This document shows positions 63,541 to 64,000 of a stretch of DNA of 64,000 nucleotides, one piece after another. The notes under the pieces were generated by a model, which saw only the letters and a list, made by a program, of their open reading frames with translations, did not search any database and was not told the DNA's origin. The first letter of the stretch is position 1. Every line of letters starts with the position of its first letter. Location of the stretch: contig CM126203.1 of NCBI GenBank assembly GCA_052327205.1, forward strand, positions 326,802,001 through 326,866,000. Reading direction: 5' to 3'. A program made the position numbers and the translations under genes. Source of the stretch: Somniosus microcephalus. Taxonomy: Eukaryota.

Positions 63541-63689
63541 CAATGAGCCAAACGAGACAGAATTCTACTTAACTAAGATTATTAGTATTAATCCTCTGAT
63601 AAGAGAGGCAGGATTCAGTTTCTAGGGTGCTAATTCCTAGCAGCGATGATTGTGCATTAGCATCAGGAATGCTACAACTCAGCTCAGGA

Positions 63690-64000
63690 AATTAAAAGAG
63701 GTGGCTACAGAGATAGTGGATGCATTGGTTGCAATATACCAAAATTCCCTGGATTCTGGAGAGGTCCCAGTGGACTGGAAAACCGCAAATGTAACAGCCC
63801 TATTTAAGAAAGGAGGGAGACAGAAAGCAGGCAACTATCGACCAGTTAGCCTAACATCTGTCATTGGGAAAATGCTGGAGTCCATTATTAAGGAAGTGGT
63901 AGCAGGACATTTAGAAAATCATAATAGTCAAGCAGAGTCAGCATGGTTTTATGAAAGGGAAATCATGTTTGATAAATTTGCTGGAGCTCTTTGAGGATGT
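63690..64000 (+). mobile_element. CR1 ORF2 fragment running off the window
   Basis: LKEVATEIVDAL...NYRPVSLTSV. Confidence 0.9.

Overview
Eukaryotic, repeat-dominated window, most likely from a cartilaginous fish (inferred from the CR1, L2, Deu-type SINE and Penelope content). One host gene is recognisable: C18orf54/LAS2 on the minus strand. It has five phase-compatible coding exons (45358-45082, 42044-41172, 29175-29025, 21135-21030, 15653-15510; 517 codons), a probable promoter near 60.1 kb, and no recognisable final exon(s) in the window. Most of the rest is nested mobile DNA: CR1, L2, RTE and other LINEs, Penelope pieces with hammerhead-like motifs, SINEs, three MITE types and a rearranged Gypsy element. 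The most unusual region is 1.6-5.2 kb, which the ORF track largely misses. It holds an intronless, decayed FGFR1-like ectodomain (N-terminal leader, IgI, acid-box region, IgII, half of IgIII). A non-autonomous Helitron (1891-4237, minus strand, TC...CTAG at an A|T site) splits it cleanly and carries a promoter-like module. A second Helitron-like 3' end (CAGCTAG|T at 5191) follows, so a larger Helitron may have captured spliced FGFR cDNA. All protein assignments come from remembered family motifs, not database searches, and most repeat boundaries are approximate.
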